64,000 nucleotides of DNA from positions 372,001-436,000 of the forward strand of contig CT868263.1 in the NCBI GenBank assembly GCA_000165425.1. The letters run 5' to 3'. This DNA comes from Paramecium tetraurelia. Lineage: Eukaryota. The notes beneath the pieces were generated by a model. The model worked only from the letters and a program-made list of their open reading frames with translations. It was not told the DNA's origin and made no database searches. Shown here one piece after another: positions 12,887 through 26,787 of this stretch. The translations under genes were made by a program, and so were the position numbers. How positions within the stretch are numbered: the first letter of the stretch is position 1; the number at the start of each line of letters is the position of its first letter.

Positions 12887-14179
12887 GTTTGTAAAATATT
12901 ATACATTAATAATTATTTCTTAGAGTTCTGTTTAATTTTAACCAATTATTCTTGATACTAAAATATATTAAATCAGATTTTACAAATAGCTATCTACTTT
13001 ATTAAATTATTTATCATAAAAAGAAAAATCTTTTGGATTCTTTTCGTCATAAATGTTTTCCTCTAAGTATAGGATTCTATAGAAACTTATTACTCTACAT
13101 TTATTTATAATTCAATCAGGCTTAAAGAGAGTGAAATAGTTATCAATACCCATTAAATCATTTTAATAACATTTTAGATGCTTAATAACTTCTAAAAATG
13201 CATAAAAGGCTTGAGAATATCATATATGCAAAAGTTAAAGATCTTAAGATTATTAATGTTGGATCGAGAATACTTAAGTAAAGGAGTATCCGATCTTTAA
13301 TTTATAAAAAACAGCTAAAGTCAAAATTCTTAAACATATCTATTATTTGTTTTCATTTCTAGCATGGAATTTTTTATAGCATCTAGCAAAAATTATATAT
13401 GTGTTTATCCAATACAAATTTATTAAAATATAAGATTGATTAGTTCACATATAGATTTAATGATAAACGACACTAAAGAGTTAAATCCAGATTAATTTGA
13501 ATTAACTATAAAATTAGATCGCTATAATTTATATGAACAAATTTAAAATAAATATCATTAATTAAATCAATAGGAAATTATGGGCTTAGAGAATTAAAAT
13601 TTCGAAAATTATTACTATTTAATATCATTATAAGAAATAGCAATGCACAATTATTTAATTCTCTCTTTTTAGTCATATAAAAGAACACTTAATTTATTAT
13701 GCATTTATTGAAAAGAGAATTCACAATCAAATAAACTAAGAAAATTGTTAAATTACTACAATACTAATCTAGGTTAAATCAAAAGTGTAATTCAAATTTA
13801 TATATGGAGCCTTGAGATTTGACTAAATAAATTCTCAAAAAATTTAATAAAATAATAGATAAAAATAATTGGAATTATTTATACAGTTAAGAGACTTGAT
13901 ATTGGAATATGATTTAAGATGAATATCAAAAGTTGGGTGATTTAAATATCTACTATGTATCCTTAACTTTTTTGTCCTTTAGAAATCTGTTTTTATGAAG
14001 TCAGTTACAAATTACGTTCTATTAGTTTAGGTTTTTGATCATGAATAATTCAAAATGATATACATTTGCTTGGAATGAGGTTTGGATTTTAGAATCGATA
14101 TAAACAATAGAAATAAATGGAACAAAAAATTAATTATTTTTTTGGATATTGATAATTATATTTATGATAATAATATTTA

Positions 14180-14967
14180 ATGTTTCTAAAGCGAATAGCA
14201 TCTTCTTTTTCAAAAAGTCATCACTTAGTGATACCATATTATAATAAGGGTATAATAGTTATAGTTATTGATAGGCTATCAAAATCCCATTTATAATGAA
14301 TTAGTGGCAAACTTGGTTAGGGATGGTTTGAAAATCAAAGATGTTGATGGATTTATCTATGCTTTTAATAATGTTATCGCTTCAGTCAAGCATGAAGATT
14401 TCAAAGAGTTCGCTAATAAGACTTGTGATTCTGAATTGGTGAAAGGGTTTGAAACAGGATTAAAAAGACTCCAAGATAATAATCAATTTATTGAACCAAT
14501 CTATGATCCTGAAATTGAGGAAGAAATTATTATTTCTGATATAACTTTTGGCTTTGAATTGAATGATTAAGTAAGTTACTATCTTTAAGTATGAAAATTA
14601 ATAAATTAGAAACCATTTTTTAAATTAGAATTTTCTTAAAACAAATTGGAATTTTACAATAGCTTAGTCAGGATGCTGAAGGATCCTATTAATTAATTGA
14701 GATTTGGTCCGAAACTTACACTTATTTTGGATTGCTATATAAAATGTAAGACTAGTATTAAAATATAAAACTTCGATGTATGTTATTAATTTAATCTATT
14801 AGTTACATCCTTATGCCTATCATGCAGTAAAATTCTAAGCGATCAAACACGAAAGCCAAAACAAAAATATTTTTTAGAGTTTAATTGGGTTGAGTATTGA
14901 TTAAATGGTCTTAGGATAGAATTATAATTGGAGAATAATTAATATCGATAATTTTCTGAAAAGATGA
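14180..14967 (+). CDS. Hypothetical, probably mitochondrial protein
   Basis: Presequence-like MFLKRIASSFSKSHH; frame continuous across 3 introns to NYNWRIINIDNFLKR*. Confidence 0.7.
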
Positions 14968-15038
14968 ATTATTTGTTGTTTTTAGGCTTATAGTAATGAA
15001 AATTAATTATATCCAACATGTATTAGATTGCAATGAAT

Positions 15039-16232
15039 TCAAACATTTAAAATTTAACATGATTTGTTATAACAAATACTCACTTAATCAACTTTAGTCA
15101 AAGACCATGATATATTACTAATTTCATTTTCTGCCTTGTACTCCAGTAGAGGATCTACATAAATATATAGGAATACCGATTGAATTTTAATCATTTTATT
15201 TGTTCTGAAGTTCTGAGAAGTCCCAGATCAAGGCTGACTAATCATCTGCAACGCTACATAAATGAGTGGTTGACTCTGGTGCCCATGCAATAGCATTAAC
15301 ATAGTCTTTGTGATTTTTTAATTTAGCCAAAGGTAGAAGTGGTTATCTATTGTAAAAATGAGTATGTACCTTGTATCCAGCAATGTAACATAGTTAACAT
15401 CCATTTCTATGATTGCTAAGTAATTGGTATCCATTTTATTCCATGCTAATCTTACAATTGGGTTATTGTTCTCTGTCTCAAATAACACTGTTGAATGATC
15501 CAAGGCTCTAAGAATTTACTAAAATTTAACCTTAAATCAAATTGTCTGCAACTACCATCTGCCCCTACAGATGCAAAAATTTAATGATCAACACTAAAAC
15601 AAATATCATAGACTTCCTTATCATGGGCAATGAGTTGAGTAACTACTGTTTATTTTTCAATATCCCAAAGTGTGCATGTTGTATCTATTGAAGCAGTTCC
15701 AATATAATTTTGTTATTTACAACTCCAATCAAATGAGGTCAATGGGGCATTAAAATCACTTGTCTATGTTTGGTTAGGATGTGTATTAAATACATTTTTT
15801 AAGTCCCACTTAATCTTAACTTGAGAATTTTGATCATCATATTCCCAAATCTTTAAATTTTCTCCACTAGTTGCCAGCAAATCAGGGTACTTGCCCTCGA
15901 TGTCAGGTATCCATAACACTTTAGTTGGGGCATACCTATGATTGAATTTAGCCTTTTTGCTAAATGTTTCTTGTTCTTTATCCAATTATAGTATGAAAAC
16001 CTATAAAAGATGAAAAAGTGCGTACTTCATTCTAAACATCTTCAATCATACTACAAATTGCAATACGAGATTGAGGACTGGGTTTCTATTGAAATCCCAT
16101 GGCGTAAATCAACCAAGGGGCTTTGTAGGTGAAAATCTAGTTTGAACTTTCTAATTGCATGGAGGTAGGCATTTCAGTAGATTGCATGACTTGGCTTTAA
16201 TTTTTAGTTGTTTAATTTTCTTGTTCACTCAT
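15039..16232 (-). CDS. DCAF7: WD40 protein of DCAF7/WDR68/AN11 family
   Basis: IFTYKAPWLIYAM, HRYAPTKVLWIPD, APLTSFDW, IDTTCTLWDI, QLIAHDKEVYDI, NAIAWAPESTTHLCSVADD. Confidence 0.92.
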
Positions 16233-16382
16233 TACTTAAAAAATATATATATATATATGAAATTTAATTGATTATATATTTTATTTTGGATATTGCTATA
16301 TTCTATTGCTTCAAGAAAATAGTTCATAGCCTATAAAGAATTGAAAAAAATGATTGTCTTTATGTATTAAATAATCTCTATT

Positions 16383-17403
16383 TCACAAGAGTTCACGAAG
16401 CTCATCATAATTTTGTGAATTGAAAAGCTAAGTGTATTCTTCTGTTAATTGACATCCCATTACTTTGGATAACAAAATCAATGGAACTAAGAAACTAGGA
16501 TCACCGATGATGGTGATATCATATAATTTCTTATATTCTTCCAATTAACTAACATATAAATGAAATATATATACTTAAAATGATCCTATGCTAAAAATCC
16601 TATACTCACCTAATTTGGAATATTAAGGAATTTAGTCATATAAAAATCACTTGGCAAATCTCCTAATAAAATTGTATTGTTTCTGAATTTAATTCCTGAA
16701 GTTTCTAATATTTTGGCTTTAGTTGTAGCTGTTACCAACATCTCCATCTTTTCTAGAGTATCATCTTAAAAAATCATTTCATTAGTATGCAATGTCATTT
16801 CCTCATAAGTGTCAATCTCATGAATAGATGCCAAAATTGTGTTTATCACTCTATCTAGTCCACCACTCACGATGTGAAATGGAACATGTTCTTCTACACA
16901 TTTATTAAAGAATGGTTCGAAAAGATATCTCAAATAAATGTGTGAAGTATTTAATATCTAACACGATAAAGACTTTGTGAATTTAGCTTCATGAAAGGCT
17001 TCTGATACTTTCTAATACCATTCGTGCATATGCTTATTCTTTTCCTCAATTTTTATGCTCTAATCCTTTTCGATAGGCACATAGTAATCATAATAAGATT
17101 GCATCTTATTTTTGAAATCCTAAGGAGATAATTCTGACATTCTACAATATTATTATTATTGTCAACCTAAACAAGCTAAAAGTAGCCGGGCTGAGGAAAG
17201 AAGATATCGTTTAGTCGAAATCAGTCACTATTTGAATCTACTGAGCACCTTCAGATATCATCTTTCCAATTTTAGATTTTAATTCTTCTGGATTTCGAAT
17301 AACCAGCTTTTCTTCTACAAATGAATTTGTTTTCTAAGAATATATGATATTTATAAACTTTTTCAGTCCAGTCACCAAGAGCAGGAAATCTCTATTTTTA
17401 CAT
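16383..17403 (-). CDS. NT5C3: Pyrimidine 5'-nucleotidase (cN-III, HAD family)
   Basis: QIQIVTDFDQTIS (HAD motif I), YYDYYVPIEKD...EEKNKHMHEWY, NTILLGDLPSD. Confidence 0.88.
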
Positions 17404-17688
17404 GTGTTATATTAATATATGTATAATTAAAATATTTAGAAATATCAGAATTTCTGAAAGGCATTTATAGTGTTTCACTAAAAAATTAATTTTTTTTCAA
17501 TTGTTTCATCACATTATTGTATGGATCAAGGAAACCTTACTTGAATAATATGATTATTATATGAAATTATAACTTTTGACTCTTGGCTTGGTATGCTATT
17601 TTTGTTGAATATTTGAAGATAATATTTACTTCTTTAAATATTCAAAGAGGCAAACAATAGAAAATTTTCAGTTAATATATTATAATAA

Positions 17689-18370
17689 ATGTTGTAAAAC
17701 GAACTTAAGAGCGTTTTCTCAGTGATATTTAAGTAAATTATAAGAAAAAAGAGTGAGATCTTAATTAAGAAATTATTTTAGTTACCATATTGCTATTTTA
17801 TTTGTTATTTCTTTTGGTTACCTCAATTATATATATGGTAAGGAGGGCATTCCCAAAGGAAAAAATCAAAAATGAAAGGCTATTGGAGAAACATTCGTTA
17901 TTTCTATTTTTTGTGATCCAAAAAATTGAAATGATTCTGAAGTCAATAATCAGATTTTGATGAATTTGTTGAATAGAGATTAAGCTTTTTTAATTATCAG
18001 AATTATTATATAATCAGTCCTTTTGAAAAAATTTTGATGGTTTTCTAAATTTGACTTTTTTCTTTTAAATAGTAATTGTAGGCAATTGGTTATCTTCACA
18101 AAAATTTCCGAGATCTTGTTATGGTTAGAAATTATGCTTCAAAATACCTCTCAATTAAGGACTTGCTACGTTCTTAGAAGTATCTGTTTCAGGTTATTAT
18201 TGTTGTTGTTCTTGAGGCATAGAAATTTCAGCAATTTCTTAAAGATATGCACACTCAAATGTAATTTATTACACCTAAGGGAAAGCTTGCATATCCGATT
18301 CTTCAGTTTTTATGGTGCAATTTACACATAGAGAAGAACCCATATAGTTATGAAATTAATTAAAAAAAAC
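17689..18370 (+). pseudogene. Decayed remnant resembling C-terminal domain of XPD/DinG/RTEL-type helicase
   Basis: Fragments in different frames, VRRAFPKEKIKNERLLEK and QQLQAIGYLHKNFRDLVMV (cf. motif VI QAIGRxIRHxxD), broken by TGAs and frameshifts. Confidence 0.35.
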
Positions 18371-18382
18371 AAATAACACTTA

Positions 18383-18914
18383 TCAAAATTTCATTTCAAA
18401 AGCTACAATTCCTCTTCTATTAAAATTCTCTACCAAAAGTGTAAGACCACCAATTAATGATCCTCCAACTATTCCTCCAACGAAAAATGGAACAATTCCT
18501 AAGATATCAATATTCGTTTTGTGTACCTAGTGTAGATTTGTATACAGCTCCTGAAATAGCGCCGCAAAGCATATTTTTTTTAAGTTAGTTGATATCAGCT
18601 AATTCATCTTCAAACAAGAGATTCATTCCTGCACCCACAAAATAATAAAGCATGCTGGCACTAGCAGCAGCTTAACCATATGTTGATGTGCGTTTTCCAA
18701 CAGCATTAAAGAAATTATTTAGAATCAATTTTTTGGGCATATTGAATTATCTTGGGAATCCCTCTATTGCCCCCTTCATTAATCCAATTGATGAGGCTAA
18801 ATTTATAAAATTCAATTTACCTAACATGTAACTGACACCAACGGTAAAGCTAATCTTATCACCAAAGTCTTATCCTGAATATTATTCAATTTAATTCTCG
18901 GCCTTGCTTCCCAT
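18383..18914 (-). CDS. TIM23: Tim17/22/23-family mitochondrial translocase, Tim23-like
   Basis: DFGDKISFTVGVSY...KKLILNNFFNAVGKRTSTYG...CGAISGAVYKSTLG; GxxxG TM helices; 2 introns. Confidence 0.85.
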
Positions 18915-19075
18915 AAATTAAAATTTATTATTAATTAACTTATTTTCATACCTCAAATAAGGGATTATATCTATAATAAATTTAATTCTAAGCAAAATAC
19001 ACCAACATTGTAAGTGAATTTCTCAAATTGAAAATTTATTATTAATATATTTAATAAATTCGTTTTGATAAAATT

Positions 19076-20460
19076 ATGATCTCATTTGATGATCTCTTAG
19101 AGCAGAAAATATAGACTGGTACCCATCAGTTTAAAACCTTGGGTATCATTGGCTTGGTCGAATTTTGTGATGGCATTGAATATGCATACATGTCAATTTT
19201 GATAGCAATAGTCTAAAAAGAATGGGATTTGAATAAATAACAAACAGCTTCATTGGGATCAATATTTTTGTTAGGCATAGTAATAGGAAACTGTTTATGT
19301 GCATTTATTGCCGATTTAATAGGACGAAAAACTACATTTACAATTTTCACCGGATTATCAGTTGTTTTGATATTACACAAGTATATGCAACTCTTTTAAA
19401 GAGATGATGATATTAAGACTATTTTTTGGAGTTGTTTTTGGAACTAGTTATCCTTTGGGGTATGTTTTCATCACTGAAGTTTCTGAACCTAAATATAGAG
19501 GAAGATTTGCATATACTATGGGGTTATTATTTGTAATAGGCAAGATTTATTTGGCTATTCTATGTTTCTTTTATCTTGAAGATTATACATCTGGAAATTG
19601 GAGAGGTTTGATAAGAGTGAATGGAATTCCAGTGGCATTAACATTCTTATTTTCTTTATTGTTTCTTAAGGAAACTGTCAGATATTATCTCAATAGAGGA
19701 AAATATTAGATCGCATATTAAGAAATTGAAAAGATACTTAAAGAGAACACTGGAATTGAAGAAACCTTAACAGAGGAAGAGGTATGAAAAACATATAATT
19801 TAGAAAAATGGATTAGTGATATGGCAAGAAAAGCAGAATAAACTCAATTTAGAATAATAAATAAACAAATATGGAATATTATCAAAAGAATATAGATTTA
19901 TCACCATAAAAATTTGGATCCTCTATATTTTAACCAATATGCAAAATATGAGTATTTATTTACTAATGCCTTTTCTATTTACAGAAAATAATTCAGGTTT
20001 AAGCTCAATGTTGTATATGTTTATTGTTGAGCTAATTTTTGCTATATCATTATACTATTTCATAGATGACCCTTATATAGGAGGGAGAAAGAAAGTTATT
20101 GGTTATTCAGCCATCTTACTTATTATAGCAAATTCCCTTCTATATATTCTCAGATAACGGTTCTTATTTATAGGGTTGCTCTTAATCAAGCTTGCTACGA
20201 GAGCCCTATACTCAACTCTTGGATTGGTATGCTGTGAGAGCTATCCTTTATCATTAAGGTCACAAGGCACGGCAATCGCATATGGAATAGGTAAATCTTC
20301 TGCCATTCCATCTCCATTTTTTTTATTTCCATTATTTTACATAGATCCCTATCTACCATTTGCTTTGATGTGTCTCTTCTCTATAATTATGTTGATCGTA
20401 GATTGCTTTATTGAGAACGATAAAACAATGAAGCCATTGGAATCTTTGAAGTAGGATTGA
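19076..20460 (+). CDS. MFS transporter (SV2/SVOP-like), with apparent frameshift at ~19372
   Basis: Motif A IADLIGRK, EVSEPKYRGRF, CESYPLSLRSQG, many TM helices; the frame changes between VVLI and YTSICNSFKEMMILR. Confidence 0.85.
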
Positions 20461-21542
20461 ATTATTGATTGAATATGTAAGTATATAGAAAATTCTAGTG
20501 ATATTAAATCTATCCCAAAAATAATTAATTTATAATAAATTAATTAATCAATTCAATCTAATTATATTGATGCTTGAATAATCTAACCTTATATATTCAA
20601 TTCAATTTAAAATTCTTATTAATAGAAAGAATATCCATCCTATTAAAGAATATTCATAAATATTAAATCAAATCAGACACAACATTAAAAATAGTTTTCC
20701 GATCAGAGTTATTTTATTTAGTTCCAGGTTATCAAATATTTATATCTTTTTTCAAAATTAATAATCATTATAAAGATTTTCATTCTAAAATAAGTTTAAA
20801 AATTGTATAGATAAAAAGATTGATATGATATACAAAGAAATGATTCATACATTCTGTCCAAATGATTCCTTTTTATATTCCATTCTAGCTCTATCTTAAT
20901 TAAATTTAATAATATTAGATTCTCTTTAATAATTTTTTACCAATAACCTTTTTTAGCCTATCTTTTGATTATTCACATAACAGCCATCAAATTATAAAGC
21001 AAAATATCATTTTTCCATGTTGCATTCCATAGATAAATCCTTCAACATTCACTATTAAGGCTTATTCCAATATAAAATCTTATTGTTTTGATTTTCTATA
21101 TAACCTATTTAGGAAATAGATCTTCTTAAAGATATATATGAACTGCTTTATAGAAATCTAGACGCTTTAAAATATGAATAAATATAAAATAAATATAATA
21201 CCCTTTTTGAGAATTAATAAGAATTGCGAAAATAAAAATTGTCTTTAAAGATTTTCCTTCTATAATCATCTTAAAAATTTTCCCAAACTTAATTTTAAGA
21301 ATAACAACATAATGTTAATTGGAATTACAACTTTATCCAGTTATCTTAGTTTGAATATTAGCTTCAATAATATATTTCAAATGCGAAAAAAAGATGATGA
21401 TAGTTAAATTCAATTGAAAATAGATTTGATAGCAAGAATTAGATAAACGTAAACTTGTGACCTAGTATTTAATTGAAAAATATAAAATTTAAGAGTGAAA
21501 TGTAATGTTGATGTAGATGAATAAAAATATTTAAATTATTGA

Positions 21543-22218
21543 TCATCCTTATTTTTAGATGGGTAAGAATAATTTAAATTCAGGTGGCAATTCCTCTTCA
21601 CTATATAAACGATCACTGAAATAGATTCTTCTAATTCTGCAATTGGCATGTATTTGAACTCTATTATATTTGCATCTATATGTACCGTAATGTTTCTATG
21701 TAGTTAGTACCATATGCTCTTCTAGTGAAATCAGATAAATTGAACTGAATTTAATTCCATCCTTCATCCAGTCTCATAGGCATAGTACAGATAAATGGTT
21801 TGACTCTGGTTGTCGACTAATAATGTGTTTTAAGATGTACTTGATAATTAGATGCTCTGAATCTTCTTCTGACATTTTTGTCATCCAGGACTTGCACTTC
21901 AAATGTAAAGTATTTTTTAAGCTAGATATTAAATATGACGATTTTACATTCTTAATAATCATTACTAAGAAAGGTAATTTGATTCCCAAAGTTTCTTTTG
22001 GATCAGCAGGAGCAGTAATGAAATTGGTACTTACATTTGTACCCATGATTTCTAGGACTGATGATTGAATATCTTAGTCTGTAATTCGCTTGATATGTCC
22101 ATTCTTAACTTTCATATTCGAACTAAAAAATACTTTGTTTATCCCAAATCTACAAGGGCTTTGATCCTATTGAATATAAAATTGAAAGAAATCCACTTTG
22201 GAATGAGTTCTTGAACAT
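21543..22218 (-). CDS. CFAP20: Cilia/basal-body inner-junction protein CFAP20 (Bug22)
   Basis: [27 protein letters not shown]...[41 protein letters not shown]...[28 protein letters not shown]. Confidence 0.98.
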
Positions 22219-22288
22219 CAGTTATTTTTTTATTTAATTAAACAGATATATATATATCACATGCCATCCAGCAATTTAATAATTATAC

Positions 22289-22956
22289 TCAAATTAAATT
22301 ACCAACAAAAGTAGCTCTTTTGTATTTCTTACTCAAAGATTCCCAATTCACCACAAACTTATCACTAACCCAATATAATAGTTTTCCACTTAAAGATAAA
22401 TTTTCCACTCTGCACCAACTCTCTATAAACAAAATCTTGCATCTTTTTCGAATGAATAGTAACTAAAATTATATTATGTATTACATATTGTGCAAATAAA
22501 ACAATAACAACTGGAATACATGTCCCTGGACCATTTGTGATAAAGATATCCAGGTCTCTGAATCTCAATAATATCAAAAAGGTATGCAGTGTTGCCTTGA
22601 TTGTTGTGATTATTGAAGACAGATATGATTATTTGACTTTCCTACTTCTGTGAATAGTAATCCATTCCAATTTTGGCAAAGCAATCTTTTATTTTATTGA
22701 GTCTGAATACCTTATTGTCTTCAATAAACTTAGCCACTCTTCCTGGTTCCTATGTATCAGCGAAGGAATGCATAAAATATAAATTCTGACATTTCCTTTG
22801 GAAATCATAATTCTTCAAACTCATCAGCATTTCATAAGTGTGTCCACCAGATCCAAATAAAACAAGCATATTGTATTTTTTGTTGTATTTCGAACGAATG
22901 CAGAATCTAAATCCAACATATACGAGCAGTAATATTATAATTGATAATATTAACAT
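22289..22956 (-). CDS. ALG14: UDP-GlcNAc transferase subunit ALG14
   Basis: N-terminal TM, LVLFGSGGHTYEM, HRSRKVKQS, ITNGPGTCIPV, FIESWCRVENLSLSGKLLY. Confidence 0.93.
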
Positions 22957-23062
22957 AAATAAATAAATCTATTTTTATTAGAACATCTATTAAATATTTT
23001 CCATTGAAGTCGAACTAGATGTGATTGTAAAATATTATTCTTTCTTTTATAAATATTTAATT

Positions 23063-24866
23063 TCATGATGAATAAATCATTTACTTAATATCCTTGAGCT
23101 TATTATTCAGTTCTTGAATTTGCTATTGATTTGTCATAAGCAATTATTTCAACAATTGATTTTATTGATTCTTAGTATCGATAAGGAGTTTGTAATCTTC
23201 ATTATCATTTTTTGTGCTTCTCTCTAAAGGAGGTTTGAGTGACAATTCTATAACATTAGTATTGATAGTCATAGAGCTGATGTAATCAACAACTCTTTGG
23301 TTCAGTTGCTTTTATGAATCTATAATACGTTGAAGTTAGGCTTTATTTTGTTCTAAAGATTGAATTTAATCCAATAGTTGTCTTTTTTCATCTTCATGTT
23401 TCTATTTTAAATCTTGCACTTCCTTGCCAGACATAATACTCTAAGCACTGGTAGCCAATGACATTGACATTGCTCTATTTTCAAAAGAAGTATCTTTGAG
23501 TTTAGTCTTTAAGCGTTCTATCTGTTATTGGTTATTCTTAAATAATCTTCTATTATTCTGCTTAAATAGAACTTTAATTTGAATAATTAGATTCTTTCTT
23601 AGATAACTACTTATTTTCCAAGGTCAAAGCATCAACTCTAGCTAGTAAAATGGCAATTTCTTCATTTTTTTATTGTATATACTTGTCTTTCTTTGAGTCA
23701 TCAGGTGTTTGCATTTATTGCAATTAAAACTTAAAGCTTTCAATTTCATTCTCTTTCAATGCAAGCTGTAATTTTAGATTGGATATTTCAGCTTTCATTT
23801 CATTATATTATGATTGATCCTATTATTCGATCATAGAAAATGCAACACTTCTAATTGACTAGGATGTGTCTCTAATTTCTACTTCCTGCCTAGGTGCAGG
23901 CATTTGCATCAGGTTTAATTTACTTTCTGCATCTTTTCTTCTCACATTCCTTAATATCCATAATTCAAGATCTTCATGGTTAGTATTCTTCAAATAAGTG
24001 CTGGCCAACATAAATATTGCAGACAATCCTTTAATGAATGAATCGTATTTTTTTATTAATTGTGTGATTAGAAATAGAGTGGTATCGAAATTGAACATGT
24101 TGATTGCAAATGTTATTAAATATCTCTTCAATCTACTTTGTAGGAATTATTTCAACAATGATTTTTCATCTTCTCCTAGACCATATCCTTTTACACAATA
24201 AGTTAATATGCTTACGATGCATTCATCAGGGGGTTTCTATTTGTAGATTATGCTTAATAATTGAAAAGTGGATGCCTCTGATGAAAAACATAATAGAAAA
24301 TTGGCCAAACATACTAATTCTGCTGAAAATTGCACTTCTGGATTCTTTGAACAAAATGTCAAACAAACATTCTACAGTTTTGCATTGTCTTTGCCCACAA
24401 GATAATAAAATTCTTTCAAAGAATAGTTAATATTGTCAAAACCACTTATTTCTGTTTTATCGAATCTTATTTTAGCACTCTCACGAGCATTCTTGTATTC
24501 TTGTTGACTTAGTGAACCTCCCAGCCATTACTTCGATAAAGTATCCACGCCATAAGCAATATGATTCTACTCCACAAAATTCTTTATCTGCTCTGATTCC
24601 TTGAATTAGACTTCCATATACCTCTTTACAGATTTTGCACATTCTATGCGGTTTAGTGGATTCCTTTGCCATCTTTTTTAACATGGTTAATCTTGAATGG
24701 AGAGCATCCCTCACATACAGCTCTTAAACATCTGCAATATGTTTTATTCATACCTTTTGCATTGATGTTCCCTTGTTGTGAAACTGAAACTTTTCTGACA
24801 GATTTGACATTTTGGAATTTTTCCACGCACTTCAGGAATATTGATATAGGTTATAAATTATTTCAT
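23063..24866 (-). CDS. FYVE-like zinc finger + degenerate TBC (RabGAP)-like domain + coiled coil; frame break at ~24665
   Basis: CQICQKSFSFTTREHQCKRCLRAVCEGCS...RMCKIC; LQNVCLTFCSKNPEVQFSAELVCLANFLLCFSSEASTFQLL; long C-terminal coiled coil. Confidence 0.7.
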
Positions 24867-24980
24867 TTTTTTATTAGCAGTTCAAGTAATTTTTATTTAT
24901 AATACTCGTATTTTCTTGATAATCTAAAATATCGATTATTCTATGATCTCATGCTTTCATATATCCATAAGGATAATAAT

Positions 24981-26578
24981 ATGATTATTTTATTATTACT
25001 TAATTCTGTAATCGCCAACAAACCAGAAGTCAAATTAAATGTTGAGAACAACCAACACACTTCCTTTACTGCTATCGTAGATTAATCTAAAATTTTATAT
25101 GAAGATCCATCATGCTTCTAAATTGTCTTATGGAAACGAACCTCCTCCGATTCTCATAAATATAAATTCACAGATCAAGATTATGACATATTAGAATAAG
25201 AAGAGCATAAGTTGTAAGGAACGTCGGGATGTGTTCCTATTTAAAAATCATTCCACGTTTCCCAACACCTGAGAATGGGATTGCCAAGCAATGAACAAAT
25301 CTTTTATACAGATTTAATAGTGCTGTAGAACAGAGCTCTGATAATCAGAAACGACTTCACCTTACAAGAAGTTAATGTCGCACACTCTTAATTCACTAAA
25401 ACTATAACTTAATAAAAATTGAAAATCCCTCACTCTGATATATCTCATCCAATCTTCTTATGGAATAGTCACAATAAGAGAGTTTACATAATATCCGAGA
25501 ATGGAGGTGTCAGTATACCTGATTGGATGTATTAATATCATTTTCATATCTTTCTAGATCAATTGGCGAGAACACTTTTTTTACCACCCCAGAACCCTTT
25601 AAATAAAGAAAAATCGTTTATGATGCCTATCTTAAAGATAACACAATCTATGTTGCGTGTGGCAATGAGGGAGTCGATGTATACAATTATTAGGACGGTC
25701 GACTGATGTATCTTAAAAATATAGACAGAATTGAAGAGAAACACTTGATAGCCAAAGACGTAAGCGGAGATGATGAGAGTAAAATTACTTAATTTAAATT
25801 AGACATTTACATTCTCGATCATTCATAGGGTCTATTAATTTGTGATTATGATTTTAAATTCAAATTCAGAGTTCCAATATTGATGGGAAGTGATTTCAGT
25901 CATTACAATAATACATTTATTGTTATTGCAGAGTCACAAAGAAGATAAGATTATGCTTTAGAAATCTTTTTAAATTTTACAGATAATTCCTATTATTTAA
26001 ATCACTATTATATTGATGAGATGTAATTTTATGATGTGAAAGTATATGAAAAATATGCTGTTTTGATTGGATATGAGGCACATAAAATTATATAGCATTC
26101 CATCTTTTCGCAGTTTATTAAATTTTCAAGTAACAATTATTTTGAATTCCCTTAAATGTTGTAACTCAAGCAATGGAATGACTCATTTGTTGGATTATCA
26201 AAAAGAGAATTAAGATTATTTAGTATTGACCAGTTAGCAGCTCACATTGAATGCCAATCTTAAGAACACTTTTAGGAAAGCTACTTAGTTGCATAATACT
26301 TCTTAAATTCCTCATCTCCTTTCATTGCAACTAAATCTCAATAAGTCTTTTAAATTGTATTCTCAGACACTAGAGTACTATCTAAAAAGAATGTTACACT
26401 ATTTGGGATTGCTCTCTTCCTTATATTTTTATGTTTATGGCTTGCTGTGCTTGGTTTAGCTTGTTTCAAAAGATTCAGAGATAGAATAAACAAGTTGGAA
26501 GATGACAAAAAAGCCTTGACTTAATAAGCAGATTAAGATAAAGAAGATGGGCCAGGACAGGAGTTATCAGCGATATGA
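24981..26578 (+). CDS. Type I membrane protein with predicted beta-propeller (LVIVD-like) ectodomain
   Basis: Signal peptide MIILLLLNSVIA; IYVACGNEGVDVYNY blade; C-terminal TM LFGIALFLIFLCLWLAVLGLACF and short tail. Confidence 0.75.
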
Positions 26579-26787
26579 TTTATTAAATGTGTATAATAAT
26601 ATTAATTTACTTATTTAATTCAATTCATGGATTAAATCATAATCAATATCTAGAGTAAATCTTAATTAAGGAACAGGAAATGTGTTCATTAGTCATGCAT
26701 CAATAATCTGTTACTTTTCGATATCAGACATATATTTAGTAATTATTTTATATAAATAAATGTTATAGTTTAATAATTTTTATTATA

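Noticed and set aside
12900..14150. Coding-like AT-rich stretch
   Set aside because: TGAs break the frames I tried and no motif was recognisable; at most an old pseudogene.
20500..21500. Minus-strand fragments resembling G..KG.W repeat proteins
   Set aside because: Too degraded to support a call.
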